From NCBI GenBank assembly GCA_025057015.1, contig JANWYG010000010.1, positions 478,506 through 542,505 on the forward strand: a stretch of 64,000 nucleotides of DNA. Direction: 5' to 3'. The translations under genes and the position numbers were made by a program. The notes beneath the pieces are model-generated. The model did not search any database and was not told the DNA's origin. It saw nothing but the letters and a program-made list of their open reading frames with translations. This DNA comes from Blastocatellia bacterium (GTDB taxonomy: Bacteria > Acidobacteriota > Blastocatellia > Chloracidobacteriales > JADJPF01). Within the stretch, counting starts at the first letter, position 1. Each line of letters starts with the position of its first letter. This document shows, piece after piece, positions 49,126 to 57,750 of the stretch.

Positions 49126-51999
49126 CTATCCTAAAATCTGTTCATATGTCTTTCTAATGTTTTGTAACGTGTTTGTCAGAGTTTGCTGGAGGTTTGCTGC
49201 AGTACCGAGACCAAGACCTTGAGCTAATTCGTGCAGTAGTTTTGAGCTGGAAGGTAGTTTACTTACTGGACGAGGCATCTGTAGCCTGATTTCATGATCT
49301 AGTAGTGACAAAAAGTTGTATCCGCTCAACAGAGTGCAATACTGATCTTGATTGAGTCGCCCTTCAGTGTAAAGCTTTTTTAGCAAGAAGGTGGTGTTAC
49401 GTTGAGGTGGATCAGCTATGCTATAGGCTAACTGTAAGTATCTAGTTACGAAGTAGATGTCCATCAAGCCACCCTTTGCGAAGCGATAATCTGGACCTGC
49501 ACCTTTTTCTTTTTCCAGCCGGTTGCGCATTTCTATAACGTTTGCAGCGAGATTAGCTACCTTTCTGTTAAAGATGCTCTCTCGCATGAGCTGCTCGACT
49601 TTGATACAGAAGTCTGGGTTGCCTGATATAGCTCGGGCCTTAGTGTATGCTAGCAGTTCCCAAGTGGCAGCGTCATATGACAAATATTTGGCTAGGCGAT
49701 CTGAGCTAACCACTAACTCCCCATCTTTGCCTTCAGGTCTAAGTCGTAGATCGGTTCTGTAGAGTGCTCCTTCTCTGGTTTGAGACGAGAGGATATGTAC
49801 CAGGGTTTCACATAGGTGTGCGTAGACTTCTTTCTGGCTGATGTTTGATTCAAGAGGTTGAGTTTCATCGTAGACTAGTACTAGATCCAGATCGGAGTCA
49901 TAGTCTAGATCTTCATGACCTAGTCGGCCAAGTCCTATTACGGCATACTTCAGCAGTGCGGGTCTAATGCCTAACGTGGCACATACCTTGGCTGCAGCTA
50001 GTTCGCAAGCTTTTGAGACGGTTTTTTCGGCAAGCCTTGTCTGCAACCTGTAAATTTCTAGTAGGTGTTGTTGTTTGTCAAGAGGCGTAGAGAGTAGATC
50101 ATGGCAGCCTATCCGTAGAATAGCGCGATGCCAGAGTATCCTAAGCTGCTTTGAACTATCTTCCGAACTGATTTCCAGTGCGTTATCCAAAGAATCTATC
50201 ATCTTAGTTGGATCTGTATGCTCCTGTATGGTTTCAAGTAGGTATGGATGAGAGATGACTAGTTCTGCGAAGTAATGGCTACGGCCGGCGATGGTAGTAA
50301 ATTGTGTTATTAGCTTAAGGTTAGGCACTGGCTGTGTAGGGTCTGCTTGTAACGAAAATAGAAAGTCGCGGTTTTTCTTGAGTGCTCTGGGAGGGCTGTA
50401 GGATTGTTTTAAACCTTTTGTTAAAGCTTCCGTGAGAAGTTTTTTGTCTAGACTGTAAGAGTACAAGTATGCTGCTATCACTTCACCCAACAGTTTTGTT
50501 GAACTTTCATCAAGCTGTAGGTCGGTACCTAGAGCCGTGCGGTATTCTGTAGTGCCTTGAGGACAAGCTATTCGGGGGAAGAGTTCGCTGGACTCAAAGA
50601 TGCGGCTGTAGACTGCATGGACTTGCTCTTGGTAAGTTTGTAATTGGTTTTCAAACTGCTGTTTCGAGTCAAATCCGCAGCGGCGGGCAAGTAGCTCTAT
50701 CCGTTCATTTGTAGGTGGTATAGTATGTGTCTGTAGACCGTGTTCCATTTGCAATCTATGCTCACATAGCCTCAGGAAGTCATATGCTGCTGCTAATCGA
50801 CTTCTTTCCGACTCACTTATGAAACCTTTTTCTGCGAGCCGTTGTAGTCCAATAGCTATTTGTGGGCTTCTTATCCATTTTTCTTGTCCGCCGTAGCAAA
50901 TCTGAAGGGCCTGAACTATGAACTCTATCTCACGGATACCGCCTCGTCCGAGTTTGACGTTGTAATTAGCAATGGGGGAAGGGTTTGTTGACGTAGGTGT
51001 TTGTGTTCGGAGCTTGGCGTCTATCTTCTGTTTAGCAGCGTTGATATCTCTTAAAGCATCTGAGAGTGGGCGTGACAAGAAGAGTTGCTCTTCTAGGGAT
51101 GACATGAGCTTGTTTAAGATCTGCAAGTTGCCTGCTGCCGCTCTTGCTCTTAGTAGAGCTTGTCTTTCCCAGGTTTGGGCATGTTTAGTGTAGTAGCGTG
51201 TCGCTTCGTTGAGGGAGCACACGAGGTCGCCGTCGCGTCCTCGTGGGCGCAATCTAAGGTCTACGCGAAAGATAGGGCTTATGTTTATAGGTGAGCTGAT
51301 GGTTTTGATTATTGTTTCTGCTAGCTTGGTGAAGAAGATCTTGTTCGTAGTTGACTCTCTGGCACCTGTGCCTATACCTGTGGTCTCACCATCGCCGTAG
51401 TAAATAAACATTAAGTCAATGTCAGAAGAATAGTTAAGTTCACAGCTACCTAACTTGCCGAGAGCGACTATGACGATGTCTGCTGAGGCTAGCTTGCCTT
51501 GCTCATCTACAGTCATAGGCTGACCGTAGCGCGCAAGCAGTGGTTGATAGGCTTTTCTTAACGTACGTTCGAGGATGGCATCGGCAAGTATTGAAAGTTC
51601 AGCAGTTGTTTCGGATATCGTGGCGAGTTTTTTGCAGTCACGCAAGTATATTCTCAGCAGTTCTCTGCGTTTGAAGCGTTCTAGCACTTCTGGATCTGAC
51701 AGCGTAGAATTGACTGCTGAGAACCTGGCAAGCTCTTCTACTAGTTCTTCTTTAGACTTCATCCTGCTTAGGTCGCGGTCTCGCTCCAGCCAGTTGATGT
51801 ATTCAGGGCGTTGTAACATTGTTTCTGCGAGTAACGGGCTGTGGGAGGCTAAGATGAGCAGGTTAGCACATAGCTCTTCGTTCTTACTGCAGAGCCTGGC
51901 TTGTTGTGGAGCTTCCTCTTGTAGCCTGGTTAGGAAGAGTTTAGCTCCTTCTGGGTCGGGCAAGGTTTGTATGAAACGCTCTAGCCGTTCACTCAACAT
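49126..51999 (-). CDS. glnE: Bifunctional glutamine synthetase adenylyltransferase / adenylyl-removing enzyme
   Basis: 957 aa. There are two nucleotidyltransferase modules (GKLGSCELNYSSDIDLMFIY and GLGRLGHEDLDYDSDLDLVLVY), each followed by a GlnE-type helical domain. Confidence 0.9.
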   Translation of the reverse strand: MLSERLERFIQTLPDPEGAKLFLTRLQEEAPQQARLCSKNEELCANLLILASHSPLLAETMLQRPEYINWLERDRDLSRMKSKEELVEELARFSAVNSTLSDPEVLERFKRRELLRIYLRDCKKLATISETTAELSILADAILERTLRKAYQPLLARYGQPMTVDEQGKLASADIVIVALGKLGSCELNYSSDIDLMFIYYGDGETTGIGTGARESTTNKIFFTKLAETIIKTISSPINISPIFRVDLRLRPRGRDGDLVCSLNEATRYYTKHAQTWERQALLRARAAAGNLQILNKLMSSLEEQLFLSRPLSDALRDINAAKQKIDAKLRTQTPTSTNPSPIANYNVKLGRGGIREIEFIVQALQICYGGQEKWIRSPQIAIGLQRLAEKGFISESERSRLAAAYDFLRLCEHRLQMEHGLQTHTIPPTNERIELLARRCGFDSKQQFENQLQTYQEQVHAVYSRIFESSELFPRIACPQGTTEYRTALGTDLQLDESSTKLLGEVIAAYLYSYSLDKKLLTEALTKGLKQSYSPPRALKKNRDFLFSLQADPTQPVPNLKLITQFTTIAGRSHYFAELVISHPYLLETIQEHTDPTKMIDSLDNALEISSEDSSKQLRILWHRAILRIGCHDLLSTPLDKQQHLLEIYRLQTRLAEKTVSKACELAAAKVCATLGIRPALLKYAVIGLGRLGHEDLDYDSDLDLVLVYDETQPLESNISQKEVYAHLCETLVHILSSQTREGALYRTDLRLRPEGKDGELVVSSDRLAKYLSYDAATWELLAYTKARAISGNPDFCIKVEQLMRESIFNRKVANLAANVIEMRNRLEKEKGAGPDYRFAKGGLMDIYFVTRYLQLAYSIADPPQRNTTFLLKKLYTEGRLNQDQYCTLLSGYNFLSLLDHEIRLQMPRPVSKLPSSSKLLHELAQGLGLGTAANLQQTLTNTLQNIRKTYEQILG

Positions 52000-52000
52000 C

Positions 52001-52756
52001 TTAGGATAAAGCGGCTGATAGTACGGTAATTATGATCCAGACTACCCAAAGAGTGGCTACAACACCGATAGATTTTGCGCGGGACATGTTTTGTCCCACT
52101 CGTTCGAGGCCTAGGACCATCAATATTAAGTACCATATGCTGAAGAGGTCGAATCTTGTAAGGAGTGCAATAAGTGGTGGAGAGGCATCCTTTGGCAGAA
52201 AAGCTGCTGGACTAGTAACTACTATGCCGCGCATTATATCTACCTCTTCGGGATTTTTTATATATAAGACTATGGTCGACAGTATCGCTGGTAGCACTAT
52301 ACAGACCATTCCGAAAGAATAGCAGGTTATGGAAAAGACCTTTGGATAAGTGGTTTTGCCGTCGAGTACGAGGGCACCTACGTGGAAGAACATTGCCAGG
52401 AAAGCAAGTGAGGCTGGGATAAAGACAACTGCCATGTAAGGTCCGTAACGTTGGACAGTTGCTGCAGCTTTGACTTGTTCATCAAACTGTTCCTTTTCTT
52501 GTTCGGACATCTTTTCATATGTTTTACCTTGCTTTTCCATTTGTTCTTGGATTGCTTGGCGAATGGTTTTTTCTGGATCTATCTTTAGCTTGTGTATGGC
52601 GATTAAATTGCCGATTACGGCAAGTGCGGTAGCTACTACTACAGGGACTAACCAGTCTGGCTTAGCGTTGATGTCTGAGAAGGTGTCCGTAGGGCTGATG
52701 AGAACGTTTATGAGTCTTGCTGTAGCGGACATCTTGTGTGTAGTGTTTTCCATCAA
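52001..52756 (-). CDS. Yip1-domain multi-pass membrane protein
   Basis: 251 aa with 5 predicted TM helices. The N-terminus SPTDTFSDINAKPDW is typical of bacterial Yip1/DUF1282-like proteins (recollection). It lies 1 nt upstream of glnE. Confidence 0.5.
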   Translation of the reverse strand: MMENTTHKMSATARLINVLISPTDTFSDINAKPDWLVPVVVATALAVIGNLIAIHKLKIDPEKTIRQAIQEQMEKQGKTYEKMSEQEKEQFDEQVKAAATVQRYGPYMAVVFIPASLAFLAMFFHVGALVLDGKTTYPKVFSITCYSFGMVCIVLPAILSTIVLYIKNPEEVDIMRGIVVTSPAAFLPKDASPPLIALLTRFDLFSIWYLILMVLGLERVGQNMSRAKSIGVVATLWVVWIIITVLSAALS

Positions 52757-52858
52757 ACCTCCTATGCGGCGAGTATTTTATCACCACGCAGAGTAGCTAA
52801 GTAAGTGCTAGACTAGGGTTTCTTCCCAGAAGATTTGAAGTTAAGCTTGGAGGAGAGT

Positions 52859-54433
52859 ATGTTGCTGATATTTTTGCTAATTATTTTGGGACTTGTAGAC
52901 GAACATAGGATAGACCAGCGCGACGAGCTTGTAGCGCGGGTAAGCGTCCTTGAAGGCGAAGCGAAGGTCAAGTACAAGGGTGAGGAGGATTGGAACAGTG
53001 CTACGGGGAACTATCCTCTGTCGGCTGGCGATTTCTTGTACGTGGAGGAGAGTTCTAGGCTGGAACTAGAGCTTTATCTGGCCTATGTGCGTCTTAACGA
53101 AAAAGCTGTGTTGGAGATACTTTCTCTTGCGCCTTATAAATATAAGTTCAGCTTATCTGAAGGCACAGCTTCGTTTACTCTGCTCGAGGATATGCGGGAG
53201 TTCGAAGTTTATACTCCGGTTGCTAAAGTGAAGCTAAAGGGCAAGGGTAGCTATCGGATCAACGTACTGCCAGGTGGAGATACAGAGGTTATCTCACGTC
53301 GAGGTAGCGGTGAAGTTTTTGTTGCTGGAGATACTTTCAAGCTGAAAGATGGCAGGCGGGCTGTTGTTCGGGCTGATGATCCAGAAGATGTGGAGATTTC
53401 AAGCAATCTGATGAGTGATTACTGGGACGGATGGAATGATGAGCGTGACGGTCTTCTAAGCAGTGTAGCTTCAGTGAGTATATCTAACACGTATGCTCAG
53501 GGTTTAGCCGATCTGTACAGGTATGGTACTTGGATAGACTCTACACCTTGGGGCAGAGTTTGGGCACCTTCAGGAGTACCTGCCGGTTGGGTACCTTACC
53601 GCAACGGTTTCTGGATATATAGAAGATGGGGATGGACGTGGGTATCGCTGGAGCCCTGGGGTTGGTTGCCATATCACCAAGGTCGTTGGGTATTCTTTGC
53701 GGATATAGGTCGTTGGGTGTGGGTACCTTATGTAGACTATTTTTGGTATCCTTCGCTCGTGTACTGGTACTTTATTAGGAATAACGGCAGGGACTATGTT
53801 TGTTGGCGGCCTCGTCCTTTGCAGGATTCTGGACGGCCTCGTGTGGAGAGACATCTTGGCGACGAAGGGACTACTTATCCGGGTGGATCTCCTAGGCCTC
53901 GAATAGATGACTTAGGTAATGACATTACCGTGTTGGACTTGGACGATTTCGTAGGCGGTAGACCTCCCGGGCAGTCGGAACGGCCTAAGGAGGTAATTCT
54001 CAAAGCAGTAGAGAGTGTGCCTACTATAAGTCTGCCGCAGGTACCTATGGCTAGGCCTCGCAGCGTATTGCCTCCTGACGCCGTTCTGCGACCTACGAAG
54101 CAGGAGGCTGAGGTTACGACGAAGCCTCGTCAGTCTGAAGGTGGCCGCAATAGGATAGATGATAAGCTTGCTCCGGTCTATGTACCAACGGACAGGCCTG
54201 CACAACCCTCGAATGGTACTACTGTAGAACGTCCATCAATGCCGAAGGTAAAGCCTGTAGATCGTCCCGTAGAACGTCCCGTAGAGCGTCCTACTAATAA
54301 GCGCCCTGAGGGTTCTGTAGAACGTCCCGTAGATCGTCCTAGGTATCGTCCTGAACGGCTTGAGCGGCTGAACAAGGTAGAGCTTGGTAGTCCAGCAGAA
54401 GATACGCAGCCTACGCCTAGGCGCCGTAAGTGA
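52859..54433 (+). CDS. Secreted or anchored protein with FecR-like domain, Trp-rich region and Pro/Arg-rich VERP-repeat tail
   Basis: The GGAGGAG RBS supports ATG 52859, and the N-terminus is hydrophobic. A FecR-like segment (EGEAKVKYKGEEDWNSA..PLSAGDFL) is followed by a W-rich block (WGRVWAP..GWVPYRNGFWIYRRWGWTWVSLEPWGWLPYHQGRWVF). A 12-nt tandem DNA repeat GTAGANCGTCCC lies at 54224-54352. Confidence 0.6.
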   Translation: MLLIFLLIILGLVDEHRIDQRDELVARVSVLEGEAKVKYKGEEDWNSATGNYPLSAGDFLYVEESSRLELELYLAYVRLNEKAVLEILSLAPYKYKFSLSEGTASFTLLEDMREFEVYTPVAKVKLKGKGSYRINVLPGGDTEVISRRGSGEVFVAGDTFKLKDGRRAVVRADDPEDVEISSNLMSDYWDGWNDERDGLLSSVASVSISNTYAQGLADLYRYGTWIDSTPWGRVWAPSGVPAGWVPYRNGFWIYRRWGWTWVSLEPWGWLPYHQGRWVFFADIGRWVWVPYVDYFWYPSLVYWYFIRNNGRDYVCWRPRPLQDSGRPRVERHLGDEGTTYPGGSPRPRIDDLGNDITVLDLDDFVGGRPPGQSERPKEVILKAVESVPTISLPQVPMARPRSVLPPDAVLRPTKQEAEVTTKPRQSEGGRNRIDDKLAPVYVPTDRPAQPSNGTTVERPSMPKVKPVDRPVERPVERPTNKRPEGSVERPVDRPRYRPERLERLNKVELGSPAEDTQPTPRRRK

Positions 54434-54554
54434 AGTAGAAGTAAGCTGCAATGGCCCTTAGTTTAGAAACTGAAAGTTTCGACGGCTTGGAAGAGTTAGG
54501 GAAATTGGGATGCCACTATAACTCTTCTACTTAGCTGAGGGATGTATTGAGCGT

Positions 54555-54590
54555 GCTTATTTCTTTTGTGTAGGAAATAAGCTTCTGTTC
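54555..54590 (+). terminator. Rho-independent terminator-like hairpin
   Basis: GCTTATTTC (54555-54563) pairs with GAAATAAGC (54574-54582) around a 10-nt loop and is followed by TTCTGTTCT. It lies 120 nt after the upstream stop. Confidence 0.5.
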
Positions 54591-54850
54591 TATGTAGGGA
54601 CATATTTAAGGAACAGCGGATGTCTCTTGTTGGTCAAGAATAACTCTGTTCTCACATGCGTAGGGACAGCGGCTGTTCCTACGTGCATAGGGACAGCGGT
54701 GTGTTGGGCGATCCGCAACCAGCCTCGGGAAGCTGTTCCTACGTGTATAGGGACAGCGGGTTTCCGGAGCGCCGAGCCAAACAGCTCCGTATCTGTTCCC
54801 ACGTGTAGGGACAGCGGAGACGATGTTACCCCCCATGATGAGGACAGCAA
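54585..54850. repeat. Array of imperfect 25-27-nt palindromic (hairpin-forming) repeats, consensus CTGTTCCTACGTGYATAGGGACAGCGG
   Basis: Copies lie at 54585-54619 (degenerate, with an insertion), 54646-54672, 54673-54699, 54733-54759, 54793-54817 and 54823-54850 (degenerate). The three best copies are exactly 60 nt apart with 33-nt spacers. In each copy CTGTTCCTA pairs with TAGGGACAG. Confidence 0.75.
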
Positions 54851-54948
54851 GAAGCGTGCAAAGGCTGCTAAGGTTGCGTCGTGGTTTACTCCCCGTGCGC
54901 GAGATAGCAAGATCCCACTTGATGAAAACATAGCCTTATTTCCTTGTT

Positions 54949-55154
54949 TGTGCGGAGGGGTGGGTTGTTGCCTTCATCAACGGCATGGCATCCGGGCTTA
55001 CTCCTTATCCCTGTGTGTGGAGGATGGCGCAGGACCAGCCTATTCTCGGCGCCGAACACGCTTATCCCTGTTATCTGTGTGGAGGATGAATTGGGAGATG
55101 GAAGGAGCTGTATCGGCTAGAGAGAATTCTTTTAGCATAGCGTGTGGGAGAGCG
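54949..55154. repeat. Second repeat family: GTGTGGAGGATG-type purine-rich boxes
   Basis: CTTATCCCTGT..GTGTGGAGGATG occurs twice (55003-55026 and 55060-55088). Related TGTG-GGAG boxes occur at 54949-54960, 55093-55107 and 55142-55154. Spacing is roughly 62-66 nt. Confidence 0.55.
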
Positions 55155-55251
55155 GCTTTCGCTTATATGATTCTAACAGTTTGGTTTTTCAGTGTACCTT
55201 GTTGCTTAGCTCGCAAAGTTTTGATTGGCAGTGCCTGCAAGTGAGCTAAGC

Positions 55252-57699
55252 TCATCTTTTGTCTGTAAATTTATCTATACTTAGGTTAAGTTTTAGTGCG
55301 AGGTCTAGCGCAGCTAGTTTGGTTGCGGGGTTGACGAATTCGTCTGTTTGCTTGCGCTTTTTCTTCAGAAGGATCTTTTCTAAGTAGGCAAGATATACTT
55401 CTTGGGCTCTGCTGATGTCTAATTTTAGCTGCAGTTTGTTTGCTAAGGCTATAAGAGTACTTGCGTCATGTAGGATGTTGTCGTCCAGTGTGTTGAGCTG
55501 TTTGACTTTTTCTAGAAGTGCTTCACTTAGTCGTTTCGCTGCACGGTTGCAGTTGAGCTTATAGCCATTTTCTCGGGCCTCTTTGGCTATGTCCAGTATT
55601 TCACTGAAGGATTCTGGATTGTATAGGTCTGTTAGCTGGTGGATCTTTTGGTTGAGTCTACGGCCTAAGACGTATTCGGCTGCGACGCGATATTCCATAG
55701 GAACAGGCATACCGTCTGCTTTCAGAGCTTTGATAATGCGCGCATTTTCTTCATACAGCTTTTCGTATACGCTGTAGAGCCTGTTGAGCAGTTCATCTGA
55801 GACGCGGCGAATGATATCTCGGCGTTTTTCTATGAACAGATCTCTAAAACTGAAGAACCGAGGCCCGAATTCGTTGTGAATTTCCTGTAGCAGTTCAATT
55901 AAGGTTTTATCTTGGGAATTTAGAAATTTATTTTTTGCTTTTCTATATGAGGCTATGCCAGGGAAGTGGCGGACAGCGCAGTAGAAATCTCTTTCTCCTG
56001 CGTGTAGCAGGCCAAAGACAAAGTCACCTGACGAGTAGGTTATTGTCGATTTAATCTTGATACGTCCGATGGCTACTGATAAGTTGGCTATGTTAAATCT
56101 CTGATAGTCGAGTCGTTCAGCTTCGAAGCAGAATAGGCGGTGCTGGCGGGGATAGTCTTCAAATAGCGAGCTTATGGCGTAAAAATTTACTATGTGTTCG
56201 AGGTCTATGATGGATGGCTTGACTAATTTCCGATATACGCCAGCGCCGGTACGGAATTCTGGAAGATTGCTAGGTGCTAGCTCTAGATGTTTTAGAAAAA
56301 TTTCTTCTAGCTTTTCACCGGTCAATTGCTCGGCTAACTGAATGCTTCTTGCCGCGTATCTTAGCACCTGTACAGTTTCTATGCCTGAGATTTCCGAAAA
56401 AAACCAGGCACAGGAAGTGTACATCAGCAAGCAGTTACGTTGCATTTCCATTAGTAGCAGAGCGCGGGATACCTCTTCTTCGTTTAGTTTTCGTTTGCAG
56501 TTCCGAGCCAGGAAGGCTTTCACAGCTTCATGGTTGCGATTGAGTATGACATTGATGTAGTCATTGCGTGCTTGCCAAGGATCGTCAAAGAATTGGCTTG
56601 CAAGCGACTCAAAGCGTAAGGCTAGTTCGTCTCTCAACCAGTCTAATGCCTTACGAAGGGGTTTACGCCATTTTTGGTGCCATCCGGGTTGGCCGCCGGT
56701 ACTACAGCCACAATCGTCTTCCCAGCGAGCGACTCCGTGGGCACAGCTCCATGAGGATACGGGTTTTAGCTCTACTTCCCATTGTGGCGGATTGAGGGCA
56801 AGGAACTCACCGTAGTTTGTCAATATAAAGCCTCGTTTTTTGGCTTCACGTGTTAGTGCATATGCTAAAGCCATGTCGGCAAACGGTTTGTGATGCCCAT
56901 AGGTTTCGCCGTCAGTAGCTACGTTTATCAGCTGACGGTGAGTACGGGAAGGAACGATGGCAGCAGCTAGGCGATCTACAAGCCGCTCCGCGTTTGTCAA
57001 TAGATCGTCGAAACTTATTGCTTGTGATATGTATCCGTCATAGAAGAAGATGTCTATGAAGCGCCGGTCGCGAAGAAAACATCTATAAGGGCGAGTAGGA
57101 TCGATCTGTCCGTTTGATACGTCTATCCAGTTATTTTGTCCGAGGGGACGGACACGGGCAGCTTGGTATGGAGAAAGTATGATATAGCGTATGTTGTGAT
57201 CGACTAATACTTCCAAAGTGGCATAATCGACGGCGGTTTCTGCCAGCCATATAGATTCTGCGCTACGTTTGAATCTGTATTCGAAATCAGCTAGACCCCA
57301 TCGCACTTGGGTAACCTTGTCGCGACGATTTGCAAGCGGCATTATTATGTGGTTATAGACTTGGGCTATAGCATTTCCGTGACCATTGTGTTCGACTAGG
57401 CTTTTTTTATCAGCTTCGAGAATGCGTTCATAAGTCGTAGGAACGGCCTCTTGCAACCAGCTCATAAGAGTAGGACCTACGTTGAAGCTGATATAGCGGT
57501 AGTTATTGACTATGTCCTCGATTCGACCTTTGGGATCTAGGATGCGAGCCCAGCCGTTAGGCGTGTAACATTCGCTGTTTATACGTTCATTCCAGTCATG
57601 GTAGGGCTCCGCTGAGTCCTGCTTTTCTATAGTTTCAAGCCAGGGATTTTCTCTGGGTGGTTGGTAAAAATGGCAATGTACCGTTAGATATGTGCTCAT
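55252..57699 (-). CDS. GH57-family glucan enzyme with C-terminal DUF3536-like extension
   Basis: 815 aa. The N-terminus YLTVHCHFYQPPRENPW...HDWNERI..ECY.PN is the GH57 signature. ETYGHH is also present. Confidence 0.9.
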   Translation of the reverse strand: MSTYLTVHCHFYQPPRENPWLETIEKQDSAEPYHDWNERINSECYTPNGWARILDPKGRIEDIVNNYRYISFNVGPTLMSWLQEAVPTTYERILEADKKSLVEHNGHGNAIAQVYNHIIMPLANRRDKVTQVRWGLADFEYRFKRSAESIWLAETAVDYATLEVLVDHNIRYIILSPYQAARVRPLGQNNWIDVSNGQIDPTRPYRCFLRDRRFIDIFFYDGYISQAISFDDLLTNAERLVDRLAAAIVPSRTHRQLINVATDGETYGHHKPFADMALAYALTREAKKRGFILTNYGEFLALNPPQWEVELKPVSSWSCAHGVARWEDDCGCSTGGQPGWHQKWRKPLRKALDWLRDELALRFESLASQFFDDPWQARNDYINVILNRNHEAVKAFLARNCKRKLNEEEVSRALLLMEMQRNCLLMYTSCAWFFSEISGIETVQVLRYAARSIQLAEQLTGEKLEEIFLKHLELAPSNLPEFRTGAGVYRKLVKPSIIDLEHIVNFYAISSLFEDYPRQHRLFCFEAERLDYQRFNIANLSVAIGRIKIKSTITYSSGDFVFGLLHAGERDFYCAVRHFPGIASYRKAKNKFLNSQDKTLIELLQEIHNEFGPRFFSFRDLFIEKRRDIIRRVSDELLNRLYSVYEKLYEENARIIKALKADGMPVPMEYRVAAEYVLGRRLNQKIHQLTDLYNPESFSEILDIAKEARENGYKLNCNRAAKRLSEALLEKVKQLNTLDDNILHDASTLIALANKLQLKLDISRAQEVYLAYLEKILLKKKRKQTDEFVNPATKLAALDLALKLNLSIDKFTDKR

Positions 57700-57750
57700 T
57701 TTAACTGTAGTGAAAAGAGTAATAAGGCCGTAGTTGGAGGTCTACGGCCA

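Noticed and set aside
54646-54817. CRISPR array call (27-nt repeats, two 33-nt spacers).
   Set aside because: Only three good repeats exist, and they differ from each other, including a 2-nt deletion. Two copies abut without a spacer. Nearly the whole repeat is a stem. No leader or cas genes are in the window. I kept it as an unexplained repeat rather than a CRISPR feature. A genome-wide cas and repeat search could revive the idea.
54590-55244. ORFs on both strands across the repeat spacer (54590-54931 minus, 54606-54836 minus, 54627-55244 plus), with repeated peptides such as AVPTCIGTA and AVPMHVGTA.
   Set aside because: They are open on both strands because the underlying DNA is a palindromic repeat with a 60-nt period, which is a multiple of 3. 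The products are Cys-rich with odd composition. They have no RBS and no family resemblance, and they lie between two converging genes beyond a terminator-like hairpin.
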